A program made the translations under genes and the position numbers. Below the pieces are notes generated by a model, which was not told the DNA's origin, ran no database searches, and was given only the letters and a program-made list of their open reading frames with translations. From positions 93,310,001 through 93,374,000 of the forward strand of contig NC_043006.1 in the NCBI RefSeq assembly GCF_006345805.1: 64,000 bases of DNA. The letters run 5' to 3'. The stretch comes from Octopus sinensis. Lineage: Eukaryota. Below, one piece after another: positions 52,240-64,000 of the stretch; the stretch's first letter is position 1; the number at the start of each line of letters is the position of its first letter.

Positions 52240-54957
52240 TGTTCTTAGCGATATGTGTGTAATTTTTTTATATAAAAGTTTATACGTAAATGCTTTATAC
52301 TGAAACGTTATATTTACGTGTAAAACTGTCTGCATTTATTAGCATGGTTGAGAGTTAACAACATTAGTATATACGTGTGCGTGTATGTATGAGTGTGTGT
52401 GCGTGTGTGTGTGTATGTGTGTGTATGTGTGTGTGTGTGTGTTCTCTCTGTATTTGGAATTACTAATGAAGAATTCTTCTATGGCCATTCATGTACAATT
52501 CCACTCACGGTTCGCTGAAGAGAATGGAATTTACGACAGGATTGTTTCGCTAACATATCTCGTTTATTCCTGACTACAAGTACTTAAAAACCACAACGGC
52601 ATGTTCGCAAAACCTCCGTTAATCATATAATGTTCTTGACATTCGTTAAGTGTAAATTTAATTAAAACCCGTATTATACTTCTCCGCCAAAGAAAGCGTA
52701 CACTAACGGATAAGTTTGTGAACTTGAGGCAAATAATTTATGAGATTACACAAATTCATTGAAGCGTGTACTGTACATAAATACAACACCAGGTAACGCA
52801 CTATAACTCACCCTTTTAAAGACAGGTGTAGGGGAAAACTACCTAAGATCTTACTCGGTAAAAGATCCCAATTTTAGTGCGTTGCTAACATACGTAATGT
52901 AGTGAGACAGTATGTCTTAATTTATTATAATTGCACCAATTACATCTTGGAACCCATATTAGCCGTTCAAAAACTGCTAATTTAAGCATTAGCATTGGTG
53001 TCAAAATGTTCGTCGTGCAAACTGTGACCTGGTCACTGACACGGTTCTACTGCTTTTGGTTTGTGGCGAAACAGGCTTTTTTTTAATGCCTAACGTGTTT
53101 TCCACGCTGTAAATTGTTTTAACTTCAATACACAGTTTCGAGATCAAAGCAATTCCCTGGTAAAGAATTTAGAATCATTATCTGGATTAACAATTCTGAT
53201 CAAGAAATGCAACAGAAAACAAACGCGTAACACTATTGTGGGTGAGTAATAAATCAAAGAATTTAGTTGGCATAAAGATGAAAACTCCGGACACGCTTCG
53301 TCTATTATTAGATTTCTTCTGCAAAACTCAGTGCATTGCAATAAAGAAAGAATGTGTTTATGGAATATGAAACGGCATTCTATCTATATACAACGTTTAT
53401 CTTTTACTTACTTCACTTATTGGACTTCGGCCATCGTGGATATTACTTCCCAGTGTTTAGTCGACACCAGCCATTCTGCCGTTTAGATGCTTGGCACTTA
53501 CTGTATCGTCAGTTAAGCTGAACCGTCACTGCCTTTAAAATCGGAGAGATATTTACGATGAAAAGGCTGTGTGAGGTCAGAATGATTAGGAACGCGAAAC
53601 AAATGGTTAGCGATATTTATACCCGTTCTTTAAATTCTGACTTCTAATCCCATCAAGCTAAAGTTTGCTTTTCACCCATTTCGAGTCTATAAAATCAAGT
53701 ACTAGTCAAGTAATGGGGTTAATGTAATCGACTTACCCCGCCCCTCAAAAGTTTTGGGTCTTCAACCTTGCAACGGACCAGCATTCCGCTCAATGGGTTA
53801 CCTTTACGCTGGGGAATCCAAGTAACCGGTTTTGTGAGTTCTAGAACTCGAGAAATAAGCATTCACGATGAGGAACAGAGCTAAGTTATCTGTGCTGGTG
53901 AGGATGATTATGTTGTGGTGGGAATTTCTATTTAATTAAAAATACTTTATATGTTGTTATCAATGTCGCTGAAGAACTATTTTAATAAAGTCACATACAA
54001 AAACTATAATGAAAATATTGGAGGACAAATAAAGGAGAAAATTAATAATGAAGTCTTTGGCACTTTGGATAGAGCGCGTTGCCGAATTCATTCCTCCTAC
54101 ACACTTAAGTTCAATCCGCTACCGGTATACACAACTTCCCCATTTATCTTTCAGGGACCCTACTTCTCTCTCTCTCCCTCTTTCTCTCTTCTTCCCCTTT
54201 ATGGAATTGGTTGCATTGCAATGGGAGAAGGTCATAGGGAATCAATTCCCGTATTTTTTACCCTAAAAATTGAGAAGTTTAAGCGAAGAACTAGCAACCG
54301 ATTCTCGTATAAACTATTCATTACGTTGCTGAAACCATCTAAGTGCGGAGAGATATTCACTGGGGTATGGAACAGATATTAAAAGAAACGAAAAAATAAA
54401 TCAATATTAAAATTGGTAAATTGAACTGGTAGAAATCACAATGCGTTCTATATCTCTGTTAGTACTGACACGATAATTGTTGTTCCGTTATGCTTCAGCG
54501 AAAAATTATATTAAACAATATTTTGTTCAACATTTTTCAACATTCGCTCTTAACATTTAGCTTTATGTATTTAATATGCATGTACATATGTATCCATACT
54601 TGATCGTGTTATATACATGTGTGTGAAGATGCGTAGTAGCTAAGTGGTTAGGGTGTTTTGCCCACGATCACCAGATTTTCGGTTCGATTCCCGGAACAAG
54701 AGGCGTGTCTTTCAGCAAAGCATTTTATTTCACGTTGCTTCACTGTTGCATGGGGAGCGGCATATGAAAGAATATCCCCACCGTTTCCTCTGCGTGTCGT
54801 AAGATGCGACTAAATGTGATTGAGGTAAGATTTGCACTCCGACCTCGTAAAGTCCTCACAAACAACGATTACCTAAACAGACCCGTTGGTTGGAGGGTTG
54901 TAGCTTGAGTGGTGCAAAAGTGCCACCCGCTAGGAGTAGGGAATAACCTACATGTCA

Positions 54958-54995
<38 letters not shown>

Positions 54996-55602
54996 TATGC
55001 AGACACGTTGGGATGTCGGAAGTACTGCCTTGCGTCATTTCCGACATTTTACGGTCTGGGTTCAAATCTGGCGCATTTCATCATTGGGTGGACGATAAAA
55101 CAAAGTACAATTCTCAAGTACTTCCCTTCAAACATGCCGGCTTTGTTTCACAATTAGAAACTTATGTAAGATTCACAGAGGTATTTCTTAATATTGGCTT
55201 TGTGCATCCGTTAAAATATGTTCACACGCCCGAGCACACGCACACACACACATATATTAATATGTGTACATCCATGGGTGGGTGGGTGTTTATATGGGGA
55301 ATACTTTTCTTTAATGCATTTTTCATCAAATACACGACTATGTTCAAGTTTTATCTTTTTTTTCTTTTATGTTGTTATATTATTTTCTTATTAACTTTTT
55401 TATAGTTGATTTGGAACAGAAGTGTTACTAAATCAGAGACTGTAAAAATCGAGAAACGTGAGATATCGGTTTTGGAATTATACTATTCCAAATATTCCAA
55501 ATCAAAGACAAAAAAAATGTTAATAAGAAAAGTATTAAACATAAAGATAAACCTTGAACGCCATCGTGTACTTCATGAAACATGCGTGTGCATATATATA
55601 TA

Positions 55603-55640
<38 letters not shown>

Positions 55641-55724
55641 AAGGGTGAAAAGGAACACACGAGTTGATATATATGAAAAAACAAGTAAAAAATAGAAAAT
55701 GCTAAAATAATTTTATAGTGAACA

Positions 55725-55768
55725 TTTCAGTACCGGTTTCGGTCATTTTGAGACCTTTTCAACTGTAA
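55725..55768 (-). ncRNA. Minimal hammerhead motif in left pLTR (U3-A8 core variant)
   Basis: TTACAG TTGAAAA GGTC TCAAAAT GACC GAAA CCGG TA CTGAAA; palindromic helix III ACCGGT. Confidence 0.65.
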
Positions 55769-56159
55769 CGATAAATAATTAAATTTAGAAAAATTAGAAG
55801 AAAAGTTTTTTTAAAAGAATATTTCTATAGTAGTGTTCAGATTTAAGTGGCATTCTGCCTTTCTCTGACTCCCTTGTTTGCACTTGTGTGTTCGAGGTAG
55901 TTGTGAGCTCTTGGTAGGGTAGTAGAGAGAAGGCTGGTGAGAAAGGGGGGTGGGAGAATCTGGGAGTGCCTGATGGTCGTATTTTGAATGGTCAGTGGCG
56001 GCTGGCAGTCTCAGTTCAATTCAGGAGAATATTTATGTGGACAGGCTTCTTTATAGATTAGCGTAGGTGTTATACTAAAAAACATTAGTGACAACTTAAG
56101 GTAGGGGTTGGAGAAGAAAGAAGAAAAGGTAAGAATAAAACACTTGATGATTTCTGTGA

Positions 56160-58156
56160 CCACATATCAATTACCCATATCAACATATGCACAAACAAAA
56201 ACACAAACCAAACTTCAGCAAAAAAGAATGGGCTGAGTTGAACAAATTAAACTAGATAAAACAATAACAATCAAAGAGGCCGATAAAGGGAGTGCTGTTG
56301 TCTTAATGGATACGACATTTTACATAACTTTGGTACTTTCTATGCTGGAAGACACAACATACTATGAAAAGGCACAAAACTACAGTCAACAAAAAATAAT
56401 GAGGGAACTAAAATCCATATTAACCCATACAAAGCAGGGCTAACCGACAAAGAATATGATTATATGACCAATTTCACAAGTAAAACTAGCCAATTCTACG
56501 GTATACCTAAGATCCACAAAAGTGAAAAATAAGCAACGCATGCAAGATAGCTACAGACAAAATAATTAAAGTCCCTAATCCTAATGACCTCAAATTGAGA
56601 CCCATAATAGCAGGTCCCGCATGCGAAACCACCCACCGCCTCAGTAACTTTTTAGACACCCTGTTAAAACCCACTCCTCAAACATGTCAAAAGCTATATA
56701 AGGGACGACTTAGATATGCTCAATCACCTACCGAATACTATAAACAAAAACACCATACTGGTATCCTTCGATGTAGTCAACCTCTACTCCAATATCCCCC
56801 ACACCTAGGACTAGAGGCAATCCAATTCTGGCTAGAGAATCACGCCAACGAACTACCACACCGCATCAAAAAAGAATTTGTGATAGAAGGGGTTAAATTC
56901 ATCCTGGAAAATAACTTCTTCGCCTTCAATGACAACTTCTACCGACAAAAATCGGGGACTGCGATGGGTACACGAATGGCCCCCTCCTTTGCCAACCTAG
57001 TCATAGGATACCTAGAGATCAGTCTGTATCGTAAGGTTCTAGAAAGATATGGCAGCCCTTTCTCCATCTACATAGAAAACAACTGGAAGAGATATCTAGA
57101 TGACTGTTTCATCCTTTGGCATAAAAATATAGAAAAACTCATAGAATTCCAGAAATTTTAAACGGACTGGACGTAAACATCCAATTCACGATGGAATATA
57201 GCCAACAACAACTCCCCTTCCTCGATATCCTCATTAAGAAAGCTAATAATATAATAGAAACAGACATATACTATAAGCCTACAGACTCTAAGCAATATCT
57301 TCCATTCAATTCATGCCACCCCAGACACACCAGGATGAATATCCCCTTCATCTAGCAAAAAGGATATGCACTATAGTCTCTAACGCAAACACCAGAGACA
57401 CACGACTACAAGAACTAAAAGATACCCTAATCACCAGGAACTATCCACCTTCACTTATTGACAAATGCATTCAACGTGCCCTTCAACTTAACATCAAGGA
57501 ACTGAGACATCCCAAATCAAAGAAAAACTTACAACCAAAAGCCTTACCATACATCTCCACACACAACCCTCTCAATAACGAAGCCTTCGACACCATCCTC
57601 CACAACATACCCCTCCTAAAAAAAGACCACAGAATGAACACAATCCTCCAAACACACACGATCATAAAAAGCAAAAGACAGCCTAGATCCATGAAAAGTC
57701 TCCTTACACAAGCCCGAATTCACTCTTCAACACAGAAGCCGACAGTAAAAAATGTGGAAGACCCAATTGCGGGATATGCGACTATCTAATCGAGGGTTCT
57801 GAGTTCTCCTTCAAACAGGGACAACGTTTTACAGTGAAAAGCAACTTCACATGTGCTTCGGAGAACCTAATATACTCACTAACCTGCTCCGGTGTCAAGA
57901 GCAGTACATAGGCCAAACAAAAAATGGTTTGCGTAAACGAATGGCCCTGCACAGATCCCAGATAAAAATTCCCCAAACAGAAAAATAGCTTTTAGCCAAC
58001 ACATAGATACTTGCGCCAACAAAAAACCACCAAACTTCAGAATTTTCCCCCTCTACCAATTTAGGGACGATACAACCTCGAGACAACGAATAAGTAAAGA
58101 AACTCTTTATTACAAAATACAAGCCACTTCTTAACGGGTCTACGACAAACAATTAA
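56160..58156 (+). CDS. Penelope-like reverse transcriptase / GIY-YIG endonuclease (5'-truncated, ~9-10 single-base frameshifts)
   Basis: ADKG 56279-56290, FYGIPKIHK, LRPII, LYSNIP, GTAMG 56955-56969, YLDD 57093-57104, PFLD, CGRPNCGIC, NLIY..YIG (57905-57913); stop 58154-58156. Confidence 0.93.
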
Positions 58157-58865
58157 TATACCTCAACTTTAGAATAAAAGAAAAAATATATATACACACA
58201 CAAATACTACACTCATAGAATCCATTACTAATCAGCCCTTCATAGCTATATTTACATTCATATTTCCCCTTCTCTGTTTTTTCTTCTTCTTCTTCTTCCT
58301 CTTCTTCTTCATCATCATCGTTATCATCATCATCGGCATCATCATCATCGCCACCATCATCACCACCATCTTCTCCTTCTCCTCCTTCTTCTTCTTCTTC
58401 TTCTTCATCATCATCGTTATCATCATCATCGTCGTCATAATCATCACCACCATCACCATCATCGTCATCTTCTCCTTCTCCTTCTCCTTCTTCTTCTTCT
58501 TCTTCTTCTTCTTCTTCTCCACCCCCTACCCCTTAAGTTTGTCACTAATGTTTTTTAGTATAACACCTACGCTAATTCTATAAAGAAGCCTGTCAATATA
58601 AATATTCTCCTGAATTGAACTGAGACTGCCAGCCGCCACTGACCATTCAAAATACGACCATCAGGGCACTCCCAGATTCTCCCACCCCCCTTTCCTCACC
58701 AGCCTTCTCTCTACTACCCTACCAAGAGCTCACAACTACCTCGAACACACAAGTGCAAACAAGGGAGTCAGAGAAGGCAGAATGCCACTTAAATCTGAAC
58801 ACTACTATAGAATATTCTTTTAAAAAACTTTTCTTCTAATTTTTCTAAATTTAATTATTTAATCG

Positions 58866-58908
58866 TTACAGTGAAAAGGTCTCAAAATGACCGAAACCGG
58901 TACTGAAA
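58866..58908 (+). ncRNA. Minimal hammerhead motif in right pLTR (one T missing from core, possibly an assembly indel)
   Basis: TTACAG TGAAAA GGTC..GACC GAAA CCGG TA CTGAAA. Confidence 0.55.
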
Positions 58909-59141
58909 TGTTCACTATAAAATTATTTTAGCATTTTCTATTTTTTACTTGTTTTTTCATATATAATATATAATATATATCCCAATTAAGGACTGATACG
59001 AAAGGTGGACAGTCAACATGCTAGATATAGACGTCAAATCGCCATTCTCCACAAGATTTTTTTTTCTCAAATAAAAATAAAATTCAGCACGACCTAAAGC
59101 AATGGATGAGACAAAAGAAAAATACTAAATGGAATAATTAC

Positions 59142-59201
59142 CTACGTACTGCAGTTTCAGCTATTAATATCACAAGGATATCTGTAACTTCATCAGCGTA
59201 G
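59142..59201 (-). ncRNA. Type I hammerhead ribozyme, canonical core, unit 1
   Basis: CTACG CTGATGA AGTTA CA GATATC CTTGT GATATT AA TAGCT GAAA CTGCAG TA CGTAG; GUA cleavage between 59147 and 59146. Confidence 0.88.
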
Positions 59202-59645
59202 TTTGTTATGAGCATAATATGCTGTACTAGATGAAAAACGGTACCGGAGTCCGCATGCAAAAGTAACAACCTATTACGTTCCGATGTATCTTTCGAATGC
59301 CTCTACTTTTGGCGCGCTGATAATCGAAAAACTAGCCTGCAGTTAATAAATTAGCAGCAGTCAATTTATCGGTTTGAGAACATATATTTCATATTTAAAA
59401 ATTAAGGGTAGAAACTGATATTAGTCAATTAAAACCAGTGGTCTAGCACATTAAAAAGAATCCGAAGATTAAAATATTTATATATACCATTAAGGACTGA
59501 ACACGAAAGGTGGACAGTCAACATGCTAGATATAGACGTCAAATCGCCATTCTCCACAAAGATTTTGTTCTCAAATAAAAATAAAATTCAGCACGACCTA
59601 AAGCAATTGATGAGACAAAAGAAAAATACTAAATGGAATAATTAC

Positions 59646-59704
59646 CTACGTACTGCAGTTTCAGCTATTAAATCACAAGGATATCTGTAACTTCATCAGC
59701 GTAG
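59646..59704 (-). ncRNA. Type I hammerhead ribozyme, canonical core, unit 2
   Basis: Same fold as unit 1, ~504 nt away. Confidence 0.86.
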
Positions 59705-60111
59705 TTTGTTATGAGCATAATATGCTGTACTAGATGAAAAACGGTACCGGAGTCCCGCATGCAAAAGTACAACCTATACGTTCGGATGTATCTTTCGAAT
59801 GCCTCTACTTTTGGCGCGCTGATAATCGAAAAACTAGCCTGCAGTTAATAAATTAGCAGCAGTCAATTTATCGGTTTGAGAACATATATTCATATTTAAA
59901 AATTAAGGGTAGAAATTGATATTAGTCAATTAAAACCAGTGGTCTAGCACATTAAAAAGAATCCGAAGATTAAAATATTTATATATACCAATTAAGACTG
60001 AACACGAAAAGGGGACAGTCAACATGCTAGATATAGACGTCAAATCGCCATTCTCCACAAAGATTTTGTTCTCAAATAAAAATAAAATTCAGCACGACCT
60101 AAAGGCAATGG

Positions 60112-60163
<52 letters not shown>

Positions 60164-60167
60164 ATAT

Positions 60168-60500
60168 GGTGCAATGGCCCATGTTTAGGGCAGCGGACTC
60201 GCGTTGGTATGATCGCGGTTTCGGTTCCCAGACCGGGCGTTGTGAGTGTCTATTGAGCGAAAGAACCTACAGCTCCTTGGACCTCCGGCAGGGGATGGGT
60301 GGCGAACCCTGCTGTACTCTTGCACCACGACTTTCGCTCACTCTTTCTTCCTGTTTTTGTTGTACCTGTATTTCAAAAGTAGCCAGCCTTGTCACACTCT
60401 GAGTCACGCTGAATCTCCCCGAGAACTACGTTAAGGGTACACGTGCCTGTGGATTGCTCAGCCACTTACACGTTAATTCCACAAGTAGACTGTAGTCGAC
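60168..60500 (+). mobile_element. tRNA-derived SINE (family C-like head, family D-like 3' half)
   Basis: GGGCAGCGGACTCGCG..CGGTTTCGGTTCCC head; GCTCAGCCACTTACACGTTAATT shared with 8841-9148. Confidence 0.75.
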
Positions 60501-60584
60501 GGAATGCCACGACTGATATGTATATATGAGACGAATGTTTATAATTATATGTATATGTGTGTGTATGTGTAAACATGTTGGATC

Positions 60585-60780
60585 GTTAGACCCTACACGC
60601 AATTTTTTTCTCTCTTTGTTTCTCTCCTTGTTTCTTTTCTGTGTATCTTTCTGTCGAAGAGCGTAGGCTCGAAACGTAAAAGACTTGTTTTATTTCTATT
60701 CCTGAGCGCCATACTAATACATTTGTTTGTTTGTACTCCACCTGCCTTCGTCTTTTGTTTATTTTCGTAAACCTTCCCGT
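60585..60780 (+). mobile_element. Solo pLTR-like fragment with minimal hammerhead (60646-60683)
   Basis: TCTTT CTGTCGA A GAGC GTAG GCTC GAAA CG TA AAAGA; core, stem II and helix III identical to 10769-10805. Confidence 0.72.
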
Positions 60781-60987
60781 TATATATATATATATATATA
60801 TATATATTCATGTATAAGAAGAATGTTTAAAATTATGAACAAATCATAGTTATAACTAAGAGGGAATCATGTTTGGTCATTAATATATTCATATATAGTT
60901 ATTAATTGTTTATAATATATCCTCCGTAATTTAATATTATATTACTTTATAATTATATGTATAGATACGTATATATAATATATATAT

Positions 60988-61067
<80 letters not shown>

Positions 61068-61200
61068 CAAATACACACTCAGACACACACATATTTACTT
61101 AACGGAATATAAACATATATCCATGTATATCTATATTCATATATATACATATATATACACATATATATACATATATATACATTATATATACATACCTTTA

Positions 61201-61295
<95 letters not shown>

Positions 61296-63238
61296 GGTAG
61301 GTGTAGGTATGAGTATGGTGAATATATTGCTTGGCTTATTCTGAGAAAGCGGAGCAAACCTATAAACTTTGTAGGTCTACTGGACGTGTGAGATTAAACC
61401 GCAGAATCAAATTTTGATATCAGATCAATTGTTGTAAGGAAAATATTTAAACGTATGCAGAGAAGAAAAACGGTTGTGTTTGTGTTACACTTGCATAGAA
61501 AATATGACCACTTTGCTACAGGCCACCTTTGCAATTTCCTCTTAGGATCAACCTTGTCATTGCTTCCGACATCTTTATCAATATTTTTGAGGTTGACATT
61601 TCTTGAAGTATCGTAATCATGGCCGTGTGAAATTTTGATTCTGGTACCTGATTTGGAAATATCAGAAACTTGCTCAAAGGCAGCAGAATTCCTAATAAAG
61701 ATCAGAAACACCTGTAGTTCCAAACCAAAATAAGAAGTGACAATATATTAAAGTATTAATGAGTAGAAATATATTTAAGCACGTCTCTTATCTAGTTTCC
61801 GTAAAGGTGACAAAATTGTTGTTAAACACGTCTTTGGAATTTTAAATTGATTAAAAGCGTGTCTTTGCGACAAATTCTTGCCGTGTGTTAGATGCAGCTC
61901 AAATCTTCGAAATCAGATAATATCTGTCATGATAAGGTCTGTATTTACAGAGATTATTCAATAAAACGAGATTTGCAAACGTTACCTGTTTACTACGTGT
62001 TAGATTTCCGAATGAAAATATCTAGTTCGCTATCTAGCACGGGTAATTTCAACTAAAGTAGCTTCTAAGCCAATAGATTTCAACATGGGTCCAGATTATC
62101 TTTCGAGTTCTATGTTAGATTTTATTCTTCAAATTTATCTGCAATAAATTGCGAATACTTTTGAATACATAGAATATGCTATCAAGTTTTTGTTTTATAG
62201 AACTCTGAATAATAAATAATTTTAAAATTATAATAGGATCTTTTCAAACATCGAACAACTATGGGAGTTCATCGAAGTAAAACGGGAATCAAAGACATTT
62301 ATAAGTAAAGAATGTTTAAGAACCACCGTTCTAAGAGTTTAATTCCCGGAAGTATATTGGCGCATCTCGCAAAAATTGCCTCACAGTATTTACTGACGGA
62401 ACTTTATGGTTCTAAAATGATCTGAGGTGAGCGTTGTCACAACTCGTGCTACTGTGCCTCACCTTAATTAAAAATTTACATATAGCCGCAGGTATGGATG
62501 TGCACTCAAGAAGCTTTTGCCTTGAAACAACAAGGCTTTAGGTTCCATCCCACTGCGCTGCACCTCCTGCAAGTGTCCGGGTCAATTAATCACTTTTGAG
62601 TGAATTTCGTTGAAGGTATGGAAGCGTGTGTCAGTGTGTGCGTGTGTAATCTCACAGCCATGATTTAGTTGATATTTTGGGGTTTTTTTAAATACTTTTT
62701 TATATTTTAAGTGAGATGATGCGTTTTCTTTACATTTTATGCAACCTATTAAATTTGGGCCGAACGCACACATATACACACACAAATATACTAACACGTG
62801 CACCCATACACACACGTACTCGCACACACATGCACACACGTATGCATTTATATAAAGTAAATTAATTACTGAAAAGAGAAAAGAAGGAAGTAAATATTAG
62901 TTGTAGTGTTTAAATTACACGGTGATGCTACTCAGAGTTTTACGTTGGCTGCTGTTCAGCTAAGTGATTCACTATAGATGAAACGAACACATCTATGGCA
63001 TAAAATATTTATAGATATTCTGCAATTAGTTAGAAATATAATGATGGACGCATAGAATATAAAACAATTGAAATATAAATGGAAAAATTGATTAGGTATA
63101 ATATATGGAGAAAGTCTATGTAATTATATATACATATATATATACATATAAATATATGTATGCATGTATGTATGTATATATATATATGTGTGTGTGTGTA
63201 TATATATATATATATACCAACATACATATGTATATGTG

Positions 63239-63320
<82 letters not shown>

Positions 63321-63669
63321 CATGTATATTTTTAAACACGTTCACACTATTGTCAGTGATTCAATGATCTTACATACCTTTTATGTTCTTTCTTTGGCGT
63401 ATTTGATCACTTTTGCGACAAATCCCACAAGAATAATTGATTGATGCATTGATACAGCAGACTAAGTAAATTTCTGACCAAGTTACAATTCTACGCCTCA
63501 TTAAATTCCAATATTATGAGAAATTTCTCATTTATGTTTCATATTCGTTGTTATAAATACTAAAGACAGTTGACAAATGAAATAAAATCAGTGATTTTAT
63601 TTTTCCCCAATGAAAGTTTTTGTATTAAGAACCAGCAATTTTGGAAAGAAATCTACTCACAACCTTCTC

Positions 63670-64000
63670 CTTCCCCTTCTCCTTCCCTTCTTCTTCTTCT
63701 TCATCATTCTCTTCTTCCCCTTCTTCCCCTTCTTCCCCTTCTCTTCTTCTTCTTCTTCTTCTTCCCCTTCTTCTTCTTCTTCTTCTTCCCCTTCTTCCCC
63801 TTCTTCCCCTTCTCCTTCTTCTCCTTCTCCTTCCCCTTCTCCTACTTCTCCTTCTCCTTCCCCTTCTCCTTCTTCTTCTACTTCTTCTTCTTCTTCTTCC
63901 CCTTCTTCGTCTTCTTCTTCTTCCCCTTCTTCTTCCCTTCCCTTCTTCTTCTTTTCCCCTCTCTTCTTCTCATTTTTTTTTTTTTTTTTTTTTTTTTTTC
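63670..64000. repeat. (CTT/CCCCTT)n polypyrimidine tract ending in poly-T
   Basis: Directly visible. Confidence 0.96.

Larger units (their letters stand above)
55672..58964 (+). mobile_element. Penelope-like retroelement (probably Neptune-type) with inverted ~450-bp pseudo-LTRs
   Basis: Arms ~55672-56120 and ~58510-58964 are reverse complements; internal RT + GIY-YIG ORF; (TA)n flanks. Confidence 0.95.
58981..60112 (-). repeat. ~504-bp tandem repeat, 2.25 units, one hammerhead per unit (retrozyme/ribozyme-satellite-like)
   Basis: Units start ~58982, 59487, 59988; differ mostly by 1-nt indels; no ORF; (TA)n flanks. Confidence 0.93.

Noticed and set aside
58981-60112. CRISPR array or LTR retrotransposon interpretation of the repeats
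   Set aside because: Units are contiguous ~504-bp copies with no unique spacers, PBS/PPT or TG..CA ends; eukaryotic context
390-63444. Dozens of ORFs rich in YI/CV/LSIY/poly-N/poly-K/poly-F
   Set aside because: Translations of (TA)n, (CA)n, (GATA)n, (AAT)n and (GAA)n microsatellites

Overview
AT-rich, microsatellite-saturated animal genomic DNA. The SINE repertoire resembles the tRNA-derived SINEs known from Octopus, so a coleoid cephalopod origin is inferred, not verified. No host protein-coding gene can be identified, and almost all ORFs in the supplied track are microsatellite artefacts. The window is a mosaic of: (i) about 25 copies or fragments of at least 4 SINE families; (ii) decayed LINE pieces (R4/Dong-like RLE elements sitting in (TAA)n, RTE-like, Tx1/L1-like); (iii) mariner remnants and a MITE; (iv) a near-intact Penelope-like element (RT + GIY-YIG) between ~450-bp inverted pseudo-LTRs at 55.7-59.0 kb. 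The main discovery, made by manual folding, is about ten minimal type-I hammerhead-ribozyme motifs from at least 7 unrelated-looking sequence families. They include a ~504-bp tandem repeat with one canonical hammerhead per unit (retrozyme/ribozyme-satellite-like, 58981-60112), three small palindromic cassettes built from two outward-facing hammerhead arms (556-765, 15884-16155, 29887-30190), and core variants that keep the tertiary 3-8 base pair (U3-A8, G3-C8). Ribozyme activity and expression are inferred from structure only.
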